Below, in pieces: positions 1 to 9,605 of a stretch of DNA of 24,558 bases. Numbering within the stretch: the first letter of the stretch is position 1; each line of letters starts with the position of its first letter. The position numbers were made by a program, and so were the translations under genes. This DNA comes from Promethearchaeota archaeon (lineage in GTDB: Archaea > Asgardarchaeota > Lokiarchaeia > Sigyniarchaeales > SOKP01): contig JBHLNT010000055.1 of NCBI GenBank assembly GCA_048941265.1, positions 1 to 24,558 of the forward strand. Reading direction: 5' to 3'. Below the pieces are notes generated by a model. It saw nothing but the letters and a program-made list of their open reading frames with translations, had not been told where the DNA came from and did not search any database.

Positions 1-1
1 A

Positions 2-1015
2 AGGTTAGCTCGTGCAATGACCTATAAATTCGCATCTTATCGTCTTAAGGTTGGAGGAGCCAAAGCGGGAATTATGGCAGATCCCACTTCAGAAAAAAAA
101 GATTTATTAATTGCCAGCTTTGCTGAAGCTATCAAGACGTATATAATAGAAGATCGATATATATGCGGTCCGGACATGGGTACTTATGATAGAGATATAG
201 AAAGAATTTTTAATATTATTGGTAAACCTGGATTAGCTCCAAAACCATTAGGAATGAAAAAAAAAGGATTTCCTGTAGAAGAGCTTTTTACAGGATATGG
301 AGTATGTTATTGTATTGAAGCAGTATTTAATCATTTAAAAAAGATAGGTGTATTCGAGGAAAATTATAAACCTAGAATAATATTAGAGGGATTTGGTAAG
401 GTAGGTGTAGGTATAGCAATGGGTTTGCAAGATTTAGGTTTCAAATTAACTGGAGTTTCAACAATTAAAGGAGCCATCTTTAATGAAGAAGGACTTGATT
501 TAGGAAAATTATTGGATTTAAAACTTCAATACGGAGATGATTTAATTAATCAATATGAAAGCCGAGATCTCGTAAAAATAGAAAAAGAAAAGCTTTTTGA
601 GCTTTCGTCTGAATATTCCACCGATTTTCTCATTCCTGGAGCGAGACAAGATGTTATTAATGCGAAAAACATCGATAAAATTGATGTTAAGGCAATTGTT
701 CCCGCATCTAATATTCCATATGAAAAAGAAATAACTACTACTCTGAAAGAAAAAGGTATTATCGATTTTCCAGATTTTGTGGCAAACGCAGGTGAAATTT
801 TAGCGATTGGTATAAATAAAGTAGCAAAGAATCCAGATGAGATATTTGATTATGTGAAATCTAATATTGACGAAAAAGCAATGGAAATCGTTAAAGGAGC
901 TCTTGAAAAAAATATTTCAGCCTATGAATATGCTATTGAGGATGCTCTTAGTTATATCAAGAAATATTTAAACAGAAGGTCCAAACGAATAGAAAAATTA
1001 AATAAAAAGTATTAA
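2..1015 (+). CDS. Glu/Leu/Phe/Val dehydrogenase family protein, 5'-truncated by the window edge
   Basis: The frame is open from base 2 (RLARAMTYK). Family motifs: GGAKAGI, GPDMGT, TGYGV, Rossmann GFGKVG, PDFVANAG. Confidence 0.9.
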   Translation, partial: RLARAMTYKFASYRLKVGGAKAGIMADPTSEKKDLLIASFAEAIKTYIIEDRYICGPDMGTYDRDIERIFNIIGKPGLAPKPLGMKKKGFPVEELFTGYGVCYCIEAVFNHLKKIGVFEENYKPRIILEGFGKVGVGIAMGLQDLGFKLTGVSTIKGAIFNEEGLDLGKLLDLKLQYGDDLINQYESRDLVKIEKEKLFELSSEYSTDFLIPGARQDVINAKNIDKIDVKAIVPASNIPYEKEITTTLKEKGIIDFPDFVANAGEILAIGINKVAKNPDEIFDYVKSNIDEKAMEIVKGALEKNISAYEYAIEDALSYIKKYLNRRSKRIEKLNKKY

Positions 1016-1154
1016 AAGACCTCTTTGGCTTATTATAATTTCTTTATTTTTCTTTCTTATCTTTCCCGATTTAATGAACTAAAATTGTGTGTAAGATATA
1101 ATCCGTCTTTCTGAGCTTAAGAAAGTTTTTAATTGATTCATATTTTTAATACTT

Positions 1155-2459
1155 ATGGAAACAAAGCAGCCAATTTTATTTGAGTATTATCCTAACTTAA
1201 AAGAAAAAGTTCCGTATATTTCTTTGCTTACAAATCTTCCTACTCCTATTGAAAGACTCACAGAATTAGAAAAAAATTTTGACTTAAAGGATGGTGCAAT
1301 TTACATTAAACGTGATGATAAGAACCATCACATATATGGAGGGAACAAATTACGCAAATTTGAATTTATATTTGGGGACGCTATTAGAGAAAAGAAAAAG
1401 GGGATAGTTACTATGGGAGGAATTGGGACTAATCACGGAGTGGCAAGTGCGATTGTTTGCAGTATGCTGGAGCCTCCCTTAAAATGTGAGATTTTTCTTT
1501 TTCCTCAGCCACTCACTTGGCATGTACAACGCTCATTATTATTATTTGATCATTTTGGTGCTAAACTCCATCTTGGGGGAGATGATGAGTCTATATTTAG
1601 GGAATTTATAGATTGGCAAGAAAAAAATCCGGATTACTATCTAATGTTCCCTGGAGGATCTCCTATAATGGGTATGGGAAACTCATTAGGAACTTTAGGT
1701 TTTGTAAATGCTCTTTTTGAATTAAAAGCTCAAATTGATAAGAGAATTGTTCCGGAACCCGATGCAATTTTCATTCCAGGAGCTTCTACGGGATCGGCAG
1801 CAGGATTAGTTGTTGGTTGTAAATTATTAGGATTAAAAACTAAAGTTCACATTGTTGCAGTATACGGAGAAATTAGCGCAAATCCCTTAGCTGCTAAAAA
1901 AAATGCTAATTTAGCTATTAAATATTTGCGGGAATGTGATAATTCGCTTCCTAAAATAAAGGTTGCCTACGATGATTTTGTTTTTATCAAAGGATATTTA
2001 GGTTCTGATTACGGGATTAAGACTATACAAGGTCAAAATGCTGTTGATGAAATATATGAAAAAGAAGGAAGAAAGAGAGGATTTATGCTAGAAACAACTT
2101 ATACGGGAAAGACATTGGCAGCGATGTTTGATTGGCTAAAAGATAAGAACAATAAATCCAAGAATGTATTATTTTGGAATACTTATAATTCAAATGATCT
2201 TGATAATTACCTTAAAGAAACGAAATTTGATTATAAAAAACTGCCGAAAGAATTCCATCAATTTTATAAGAAACTATTTCAATGCTGGCAAATTACTAAT
2301 TGTCCGATAAAAATAAGGGAAAGTTGTCCCGCCTATCTGAACCATGAATATAGATTTTGGAAAGTTGCAACGTGTAAACTTGACTCACAAAAGATTTTTA
2401 AAGCCAAAGAAGAATTAACTCAAGCCATTGAGTTAGAAGAAACTGAACTTCAATACTAA
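1155..2459 (+). CDS. D-cysteine desulfhydrase / ACC deaminase family PLP enzyme with a C-terminal Cys/Trp-rich extension
   Basis: PTPIERL, IYIKRDD, GGNKLRK (PLP lysine), GGIGTNHG, STGSAAGL, LETTYTGK, LFWNT. The extra tail reads CWxxxxC...CPAY. Confidence 0.88.
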   Translation: METKQPILFEYYPNLKEKVPYISLLTNLPTPIERLTELEKNFDLKDGAIYIKRDDKNHHIYGGNKLRKFEFIFGDAIREKKKGIVTMGGIGTNHGVASAIVCSMLEPPLKCEIFLFPQPLTWHVQRSLLLFDHFGAKLHLGGDDESIFREFIDWQEKNPDYYLMFPGGSPIMGMGNSLGTLGFVNALFELKAQIDKRIVPEPDAIFIPGASTGSAAGLVVGCKLLGLKTKVHIVAVYGEISANPLAAKKNANLAIKYLRECDNSLPKIKVAYDDFVFIKGYLGSDYGIKTIQGQNAVDEIYEKEGRKRGFMLETTYTGKTLAAMFDWLKDKNNKSKNVLFWNTYNSNDLDNYLKETKFDYKKLPKEFHQFYKKLFQCWQITNCPIKIRESCPAYLNHEYRFWKVATCKLDSQKIFKAKEELTQAIELEETELQY

Positions 2460-2536
2460 GTTAACTTTTATAAAATTAAAATTTTAAAATATGTCTTAAC
2501 TATGTTATTTATTTCAGATCTAAATTTAATCCTTAA

Positions 2537-3469
2537 GTGAATTTAATGAATGAAAATAGTATTTCTAATGATGAATTTAAGACGCCTCCTCGATATATTA
2601 CAGGTACTAAATCCCATATCAAAATTCTGCCGGTTATAGTATTAATATTTATTATTTATGGTGTTTATATTTCAACCATTCTCTTTTCAACAGAAGAATT
2701 GGTACCCCTTATTTACGGTTCTGCTATTACTGATATAATAATTTTATTTTTATTGATACCAACCTGTTGCTTCTTATTAATCTTATTCACACCATATATC
2801 GCTTTGATATATTACAAAATATATATCAAAATCTTTGGAGACTCTAAGCTCTATTTTCTTGATATGAGGGTACAACTTGGTGAATGGAAAGTAAGCAACA
2901 TAACAAAACGAGCAATTCTTCCAGGATTAATGATTTGTGCATTGTCCCAAGTGATTGTTACAGCATTTGGGATTATTATGTGGGTTCCAGAAGATATGGC
3001 TAATAATATAGGTCTTGCTTTATTTAATGCAGCTTTTATTGTATATCCCATAATAATCATTCTATTAGTACCTCTTTGGTTGTTATTCGATTCCGGTGTA
3101 ATGAGTAAAACGAAACCAGAAGTTATATATAAGAAACGTACCCCTGAGACGATTGAACCAATTCAGCAATTTTTTATAACTAAATATCGAGGTTTTGGGG
3201 GGATCACTTTTTTACTCAGCTTTTTCTCAGTAATTATTCAAATGATTTTACAAACAATTTCTCCACTGATGATATTGTTTATAATTTTCTTGCCTTTCTT
3301 AGGTTTAGCATTATTTATTCCAGCACAAATAGTATACGAAAAAGTATTACCATTTATGACTAGGAAGATTCATAAATTAACTAAACTTCATGATTCTGAA
3401 TTATCAATAATTACAGTAGAACAATGTCCTGCCTGTAATCCAAAATTTAAGAAGAAATCTTCAAAATAA
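2537..3469 (+). CDS. Hypothetical multi-pass membrane protein (about 6 TM) with a C-terminal CxxC
   Basis: 310-aa ORF with long hydrophobic stretches, ending CPAC followed by a basic tail. The start could be GTG 2537 or ATG 2546. Confidence 0.75.
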   Translation: MNLMNENSISNDEFKTPPRYITGTKSHIKILPVIVLIFIIYGVYISTILFSTEELVPLIYGSAITDIIILFLLIPTCCFLLILFTPYIALIYYKIYIKIFGDSKLYFLDMRVQLGEWKVSNITKRAILPGLMICALSQVIVTAFGIIMWVPEDMANNIGLALFNAAFIVYPIIIILLVPLWLLFDSGVMSKTKPEVIYKKRTPETIEPIQQFFITKYRGFGGITFLLSFFSVIIQMILQTISPLMILFIIFLPFLGLALFIPAQIVYEKVLPFMTRKIHKLTKLHDSELSIITVEQCPACNPKFKKKSSK

Positions 3470-3731
3470 ATTTTCTTATTTTTAAATTAATTACGTAATT
3501 TTTAGTGATCCCTTTAATTTTCCTTATATATTCTGAGGATTTGAATTTTTTCGATATCTTTCCATAGATTTCATTAGATATTCTACATCCTAAGGTGTTA
3601 AGTATTTTAGCCAGAATATGCGTTTTGTAATTATATTATCCCATTTTGTTGTTTTCTTAAACTCTTAGTGATACTCAAGGTACATTTCAAATCTCATCAT
3701 TCTTAATTCAAGTTAATTTCAAAATTAGTTG

Positions 3732-4238
3732 TTATTTTAAAATTCTAGTTAAGTCTTCTAAATTCTTTCTGAGAGTGGGTTTAGGTATTTTTCCTTTTAT
3801 ATAGCCCGCAGCTAAAATTGTTAGGAGAAAATCATCATTTCCAAGCCCTAATAATTCCTTTGCATACTCTCTATCCATACTCCCTATCCAGCACATGCCA
3901 ATATTTAGAGCCCACGCCATAAGCATCATATTCATAGACACTAATGAAGTGTCCTGAATATACCAATTAGGATTTTCAAGTTTTTTACCTATTATAGCAA
4001 TACCTAAGGGTGCTTTTCTGAGAGGTAGTCCATAAGTACCTGTTTTAGATATTTTATACAAAATCTCTCGATTTTTTACTATTATAAATTCCCACGGTTG
4101 TCTATTTGATGCACTAGGGGCCCATCTTCCCGCTTCTAAAATCATTTCGATATGCTCTTCAGTGACAGCTTTATCTTGAAAACTGCGAATTGTTCTCCTT
4201 CCTTTTAAAAAATCTAAAAATTCATTTGGTTTAATCAT
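3732..4238 (-). CDS. Nitroreductase family flavoprotein
   Basis: RRTIRSF, APSASNRQPWEF, NMMLMAWALNIGMCWIG. Confidence 0.93.
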   Translation of the reverse strand: MIKPNEFLDFLKGRRTIRSFQDKAVTEEHIEMILEAGRWAPSASNRQPWEFIIVKNREILYKISKTGTYGLPLRKAPLGIAIIGKKLENPNWYIQDTSLVSMNMMLMAWALNIGMCWIGSMDREYAKELLGLGNDDFLLTILAAGYIKGKIPKPTLRKNLEDLTRILK

Positions 4239-4422
4239 AGGATTTGACTCTTTCTTAAGGATTATAATATATATACGGGGTACGAATTTCTAAAATCATT
4301 CAAAACTATTAATAGTAATCCTTTTCAACTGTTTTTTCTAAGTCTTTAAAATTTGGGAACTTAAATATTTAAAATAACTCGTATTATCTATCTCAAAATT
4401 ATATGAATTAAAGGTAAAAACA

Positions 4423-5589
4423 ATGAATAATAAACCAAAAGCTATTACAGCCCCCCCAAATAAACAAGAACTTTCTAATCGAATAGAAAAAGTTAGAAAT
4501 TTAATGAAAGAAGAAAGTTTGGATTATTATGTATGCTTTGATCCCGTAAATATATATTATCTCACTAATTTTGCGTTTTATATTCACGAAAGGCCCTTTA
4601 TTTTTGTTATACCAAAAGAAGGACTTCCTAAAATGGTGATTCCACTTCTAGAAAAAGGGCATTTTGAACAAAGAGCAAGAATAGATTATGAAATGGCTTT
4701 TTACTATGAATTCCCAGCTCGAACTGGGGAAAATTGGTATGATATCTATCAAAAAATTATTGATAATGGTTCAAAAGTTGGAATAGAATCAGTTATACCG
4801 ATGGGTATTGCTGAAAAAACCCCAGGTAAGAAAGTTATAACTGATATTGTTGAAGAAGCTCGTTTAATAAAGTCAGATTATGAAATTGGGCGTACTATAC
4901 ATGCGTGTAGAGTGATAAATAAGGGACATAAGGTATTACTTAAAATGTGTCGTCCAAAAGTGCTACTTTTTGCTTTATACCGAGAGGTTACAAATGCTAT
5001 GACGTCTAAAATAGTGCAAGATATCCCTAATGCCAATTTTAGAGTTGTTTCTACAATGGGAGCTGTATGGCCTCCCTCAATTTCTCATGATCCACACTTG
5101 GTTCCACATATTTTTGATGAGATGGAAGAAGGAGGACCTCATGTCTCTATTGTTCAAGCACAGGTTGATGGATACGGAGTAGAAATTGAAAGATCATTCT
5201 TTTTAGGAAATGTTCCTGAAAAAACAAAAAAGCCTTTTGAAACTATGTTTCAAGCGAGAGCAATGGCATATGATTTATTAAAGCCAGGAACAATTATGAG
5301 CGAGATTGATAAGAAAGTACGTAAATTTATAATTGAAAAAGGATATGGTGAATATATCCTCCACCGAACAGGTCATGGATTAGGGATAACAGGTCATGAG
5401 GCACCTTATCTTGCTGAAGGGTATGATCGCACACTTGAACCAGGAATGGTGGTAAGTGTTGAACCTGGCATCTATATTCCTGGAGTTGGAGGATTTCGAC
5501 ATTCTGATACAGTCTTGATAACTGATGATGGTTATATGAAACTATCCAAAGCCCCAGAAGAACTTGATGATTTAATAATACCGGTTTAG
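4423..5589 (+). CDS. M24 family Xaa-Pro peptidase / creatinase-like hydrolase
   Basis: Creatinase_N-like N-terminus (NIYYLTNF), RLIKS, HRTGHGLG, HEAPY, EPGIY, RHSDTVLIT. Confidence 0.88.
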   Translation: MNNKPKAITAPPNKQELSNRIEKVRNLMKEESLDYYVCFDPVNIYYLTNFAFYIHERPFIFVIPKEGLPKMVIPLLEKGHFEQRARIDYEMAFYYEFPARTGENWYDIYQKIIDNGSKVGIESVIPMGIAEKTPGKKVITDIVEEARLIKSDYEIGRTIHACRVINKGHKVLLKMCRPKVLLFALYREVTNAMTSKIVQDIPNANFRVVSTMGAVWPPSISHDPHLVPHIFDEMEEGGPHVSIVQAQVDGYGVEIERSFFLGNVPEKTKKPFETMFQARAMAYDLLKPGTIMSEIDKKVRKFIIEKGYGEYILHRTGHGLGITGHEAPYLAEGYDRTLEPGMVVSVEPGIYIPGVGGFRHSDTVLITDDGYMKLSKAPEELDDLIIPV

Positions 5590-5634
5590 TGAAATTTCGA
5601 ATAATATGTTAATAAAAAACCTATAAGATGCATT

Positions 5635-6834
5635 ATGAGGGAAAGAGAGAGAAATTTTGAATATAATCATAGATCTATTTCTCAACCAGTTGATCATGCT
5701 GATCCAGAAGGAATGAGTTTTGACCAACATATTGATATTCTTATTCCTGAAGGATGCAGTGGCAGTGCACCTGTGTTTTTTCATTTAGGAGAAGAGCATC
5801 ATCTTGAAAAGGACACACTTCTAATGTTTTATGACACATATGGTAAACGAAATGACATAATTTATATACAGGCTGAACATCGAGGATATGGTCAAAGTAT
5901 TACATCAGACAAAGATCAGTCCATACCTTCATATGTGCGTATAGAACAAGCGCTCGCTGATTATCATAATGTCATACAAACACTTAACGAGGAATTCAAG
6001 GGTCCTTGGATAGGAGCAGGATATAGTTATGGTGGAGGATTAATTATAAATTTTGGAGCTAAATTCCCCAGAGATGTTAAAGTCATCTTATCTTCAAGTG
6101 GTGTTATTGATTGGCCGTTCTTGATGGATACATATGACCATCAGATGAGAATTAATTTCGGTGAAAAATTCTATCAAGGATTTGTAAAACATATTAAAAA
6201 TCTCGAACCTAAGGAGCTTTTTGACGAAAAATGGTTAGAAAGAGAGTTTTTGATTGCTGTTTGCCATGGATTAGCTCAGAGAGAGGAGCTGAAAAGGGTT
6301 CAAAAATCGTTTGAAAATTTAATTACGATACTTCCTATAGAAGAGTTACTTAAAAGGATCCATCGAATCGACAATGAAATGGCAAATGGCGAGGGCTGGC
6401 AGTATGCAATCTCAAACGGAAAATTAACATTGACCAGGGAAGAAGCATTAACAGCAAAATATAGTTGGCGAGTTTGGCGATATCAGCAATGTGTGGAAAC
6501 CGGGGTTTTTGAAATTTCAGAAAAACCAAACGGAGTTTTTACGAGAACATATGAAGATTTTATTGAAGAGGGGTATGCCTTATTTGGAGAGGAACCTCCT
6601 TCTGCTAAAAATCCCGTATGGTCCCCTCGAAGCATATTAAAAGAATTGAAAGTTCCATTTGTCTATGTTTGCGGAGGGATGGATCCTTGGAAAGGACTTT
6701 GCTTAGAACCAAATTATAATATTAGAAATGGGAAATATTTCTATTATCCAGAGGGAATGCATTGTCCTGAAAAAGATAAACTTCGTCGTGGAAAGGAAGT
6801 TATCGATTGCTTATTGCATTTTGCTAAAAAATAA
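5635..6834 (+). CDS. S28/S37-like serine peptidase (prolyl carboxypeptidase-like alpha/beta hydrolase)
   Basis: QPVDH, EHRGYGQS, EQALADY, nucleophile elbow GYSYGG, GGMDPW (Asp), GMHC (His). Confidence 0.88.
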   Translation: MRERERNFEYNHRSISQPVDHADPEGMSFDQHIDILIPEGCSGSAPVFFHLGEEHHLEKDTLLMFYDTYGKRNDIIYIQAEHRGYGQSITSDKDQSIPSYVRIEQALADYHNVIQTLNEEFKGPWIGAGYSYGGGLIINFGAKFPRDVKVILSSSGVIDWPFLMDTYDHQMRINFGEKFYQGFVKHIKNLEPKELFDEKWLEREFLIAVCHGLAQREELKRVQKSFENLITILPIEELLKRIHRIDNEMANGEGWQYAISNGKLTLTREEALTAKYSWRVWRYQQCVETGVFEISEKPNGVFTRTYEDFIEEGYALFGEEPPSAKNPVWSPRSILKELKVPFVYVCGGMDPWKGLCLEPNYNIRNGKYFYYPEGMHCPEKDKLRRGKEVIDCLLHFAKK

Positions 6835-6967
6835 TCATCAGAATTTCAAAATATATTATTATAATTTTTTCTTATTAATATTAATGCCATTGGCGGATCA
6901 AAAAGCAAAATATTCATTTAAAGAGCTAAGGCGTAGCTCTAGCATCTCATCTGAAAACCATAAATAT

Positions 6968-8293
6968 ATGAAAATTTATTATCCATCGATTCGTCATGAT
7001 CCCCATGAAGGCTTTTTTTATGGATTTTTATGCTTGATTTATGACGGGTTAAATACAATAGAAGAGTTAAAAGCATAAATGCGCCTTTTTTTTCTCTCTG
7101 CCACTAAACAAGTCGTAGTAGAGGATCAAGACGTTGAGGAATACTTGCAATATGCTAAAAAAAAACAATTGATAACAGAAGATCCTAGTGGAAAAATCCA
7201 TCTTACTCAAAATGGTGAAAAATTAGTAGAGGTAAGTTATTATTCAACACTTCATGCCTCTTACTGGATGAACCTAATATTCAATGTGAAAACTATTTTG
7301 GTAGCTACTGCTATTTTTTTGATAATATTATCATCTCTTAAAGTATTAGTTGGATTACAATTGGCATCTCAAGGAATGATTAATGAAGGATTTGAAAATC
7401 TAACAGATTTAATTAAAATCGTAATAATTTATCTTATTGCATTCAGGTTAAAAAAAGATAAACTTGCAAGTATCATTATTATACTAATGATGATGATAAC
7501 TGGAGTATTTTTAATTTGGTCGGGAATTGAAGCTTTAATTAATCCTAGACCAATCACACCTACTGTACAAGCATATATGATATGCTTTTTTTCCATTATT
7601 TTGAATTTAGGATTAATGTATCTGAAAAGTCTTGTAGGAAGAACATCTGGAAATCTCTCCTTAATGAGTGATTCTAAAGATTCTGGTTTAAATGTAAAAA
7701 TTTCTTTAGGAGTTGCTATTGGTCTTACTTTTGCGATATTTAAAATTTATTTTGTAGATGCACTAGTAGGTATTATAATCGCAATATTAGTTTTTAAGGA
7801 AGGAATCGAAGTTTTACGAGAATTGATAGTGAAAGAAGAAAAATTTGATATAACGGCCATTAAGGTCATAGCTGACCAGCTATATGATGATCGTCTAACG
7901 GGGTATATTTTAGGGAGTATAAGAAGAGAATACATTAACAAAGAAAAACTCTTAAAAAATTTTGAACAAGGACTATCTTTAGGGCGTCAATATTATGTCG
8001 GGTTTGCTGATTTTTTTTATCACGATTTAGGAACTCAAATTGCTGAAAAACATCTAAATAAATTAATTAAAGGTACCTATATTGAGAGATTAGGTGATCA
8101 GCTCATATTAACTCCAAAAGGTCTACAAACATATTATAAAGCCAAAGCGAAAGAATATAATAATCGTGCCAAAAAAGTTTATGTAGGACCACGGATTCAC
8201 CGTGGCTATATCTATTGCATATTCTTCTTGATTAGTTTTATATTATTAATCTTTTATGCCAATGATATTAATCGTTGGTTAATGAGTTTTTAA
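6968..8293 (+). pseudogene. Cation-diffusion-facilitator-like membrane protein flanked by wHTH-like segments, with an in-frame TAA at 7076-7078 (alternatively an intact CDS 7079..8293)
   Basis: ATG 6968 is in frame with ATG 7079 and is separated from it by one TAA. CDF-like TM pattern (LASQGMINEGFENLTD, SLMSDSKD, VDALVGIIIAILV). Two 'L..kgli......hLT.kG' wHTH wing motifs. Confidence 0.6.
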
Positions 8294-9518
8294 AATAATC
8301 TGAATCTAAATTAGGATATAATCTTTTTTTTCTTCCATCTCGTTTCAGAACGACTAATCCTAAATCTATTAATTTCTTAATATGGTAATGAATAGTTTTA
8401 TGATCTACTTTTTTTCTCTTGGTAATTACGCTATTCCAAATCCCTGGTTCCTTTTCAATTATTTCTAATATATCCAATGTTAATTTACTTTTACTCAGTT
8501 TTAAATCTAAATTTGAGATGGGATTCTTTTGATAATATGGGAAATATGCAATAAAGTTCCCTATTCTCTTCTTTCCAATGACTTTATATGTTTCTAAAAT
8601 ATCCAAATGCCATACTAAATTTCCTGGTGCTAGTTCTGACTTACGGAGCAATTCGTTAAAATGAATTCCGGGCTCATTAAGTATCAAATCAATAATTCGA
8701 TTTCTATTTTCATTTTCTAACACCTCATCTATGGTTAGCCGATGAGCTCCTTTTTGAATAGGTGTAGATCTTGTTCTTAAATAATGAATGTAGTCTTTTT
8801 TGGAGATAATAATAACAACCGATAAAATTCCAAAAACAAGAATTATTGATCCGATAATCAATATATATGAAAAATAGCTAACTTCATAGATAGTTATATA
8901 ATATGCTGTATCTGCGTCAAGTTCGCTTATTGAGCCTTTAAGGTAAATTTCCGAATTATCAGATACCTCTTCTGTTTCCAATAATTCCCATGAATCGTCA
9001 TTTTCTTCATAGAGAGCTATAGAATATTCTATATATGGGTCTAAACCATATTCAGAATCTTTTTTGAAGGTTAATTTTAATTTTTCAATTGAACTATTAG
9101 ATTTTATACGATAAATACATTTATATTGCGATCTTAATTGTATCTCTCCTTGTTTTGGGTCTTTAGGATTTTTAGAAGATCCATAGTTTTCCATACTTGT
9201 TTCAACTTTTATTTCAAGGGATATTGGTTCATCATTATTAATATCCATGGAGATCTCACGATTTTCAATTTTTTCATTATATTTAATTTCAAGTTCCGTA
9301 TAAACATCCGTTCCAATTTCAAAATGAATATTATTAGAAAAACGGTAAGATTTGCTCTCATCCTTATTTAATTCAATTTTTTTTGAAAATCCAGAAACTT
9401 GCCTATCCCTGCTGGAAACACCATAAACTATAAATAAATTAAATTCAACAAAAAAGATAATAAGAAGTAATAAGCTAACGTATCGTTTATTTAATTTATT
9501 GATAATTTTAAATCTCAA
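8268..9518 (-). CDS. Membrane-anchored transcription regulator: signal/TM, beta-rich ectodomain, TM, tandem winged HTH (COG3398-like)
   Basis: Hydrophobic aa ~13-35 and ~214-238. Then EVLENENRNRIIDLILNEPGIHFNEL...LVWHLDILE and a second repeat ILEIIEKEPGI...TIHYHIKKLIDLGLV. Confidence 0.85.
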   Translation of the reverse strand: MRFKIINKLNKRYVSLLLLIIFFVEFNLFIVYGVSSRDRQVSGFSKKIELNKDESKSYRFSNNIHFEIGTDVYTELEIKYNEKIENREISMDINNDEPISLEIKVETSMENYGSSKNPKDPKQGEIQLRSQYKCIYRIKSNSSIEKLKLTFKKDSEYGLDPYIEYSIALYEENDDSWELLETEEVSDNSEIYLKGSISELDADTAYYITIYEVSYFSYILIIGSIILVFGILSVVIIISKKDYIHYLRTRSTPIQKGAHRLTIDEVLENENRNRIIDLILNEPGIHFNELLRKSELAPGNLVWHLDILETYKVIGKKRIGNFIAYFPYYQKNPISNLDLKLSKSKLTLDILEIIEKEPGIWNSVITKRKKVDHKTIHYHIKKLIDLGLVVLKRDGRKKRLYPNLDSDYFKNSLTND

Positions 9519-9605
9519 ATATTTTCATACTCATTCGTTTTTCTTTGAATATATCATTATTAAAAAAAAAAAATTATTATTATTTAGATATATTTTATTT
9601 GGTGT

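Noticed and set aside
3423-3437. Zinc ribbon in the membrane protein (CPAC)
   Set aside because: Only one CxxC pair is present at the C-terminus, which is not enough to call a domain.
6728-6967. 5' part of the 116-aa ORF 6728..7078
   Set aside because: It overlaps the S28 peptidase end in another frame and crosses an AT-rich spacer. Only the part from ATG 6968 looks coding.
7076-7078. Selenocysteine or pyrrolysine recoding of the internal stop
   Set aside because: The codon is TAA, not TGA or TAG, and no SECIS-like element was recognised.
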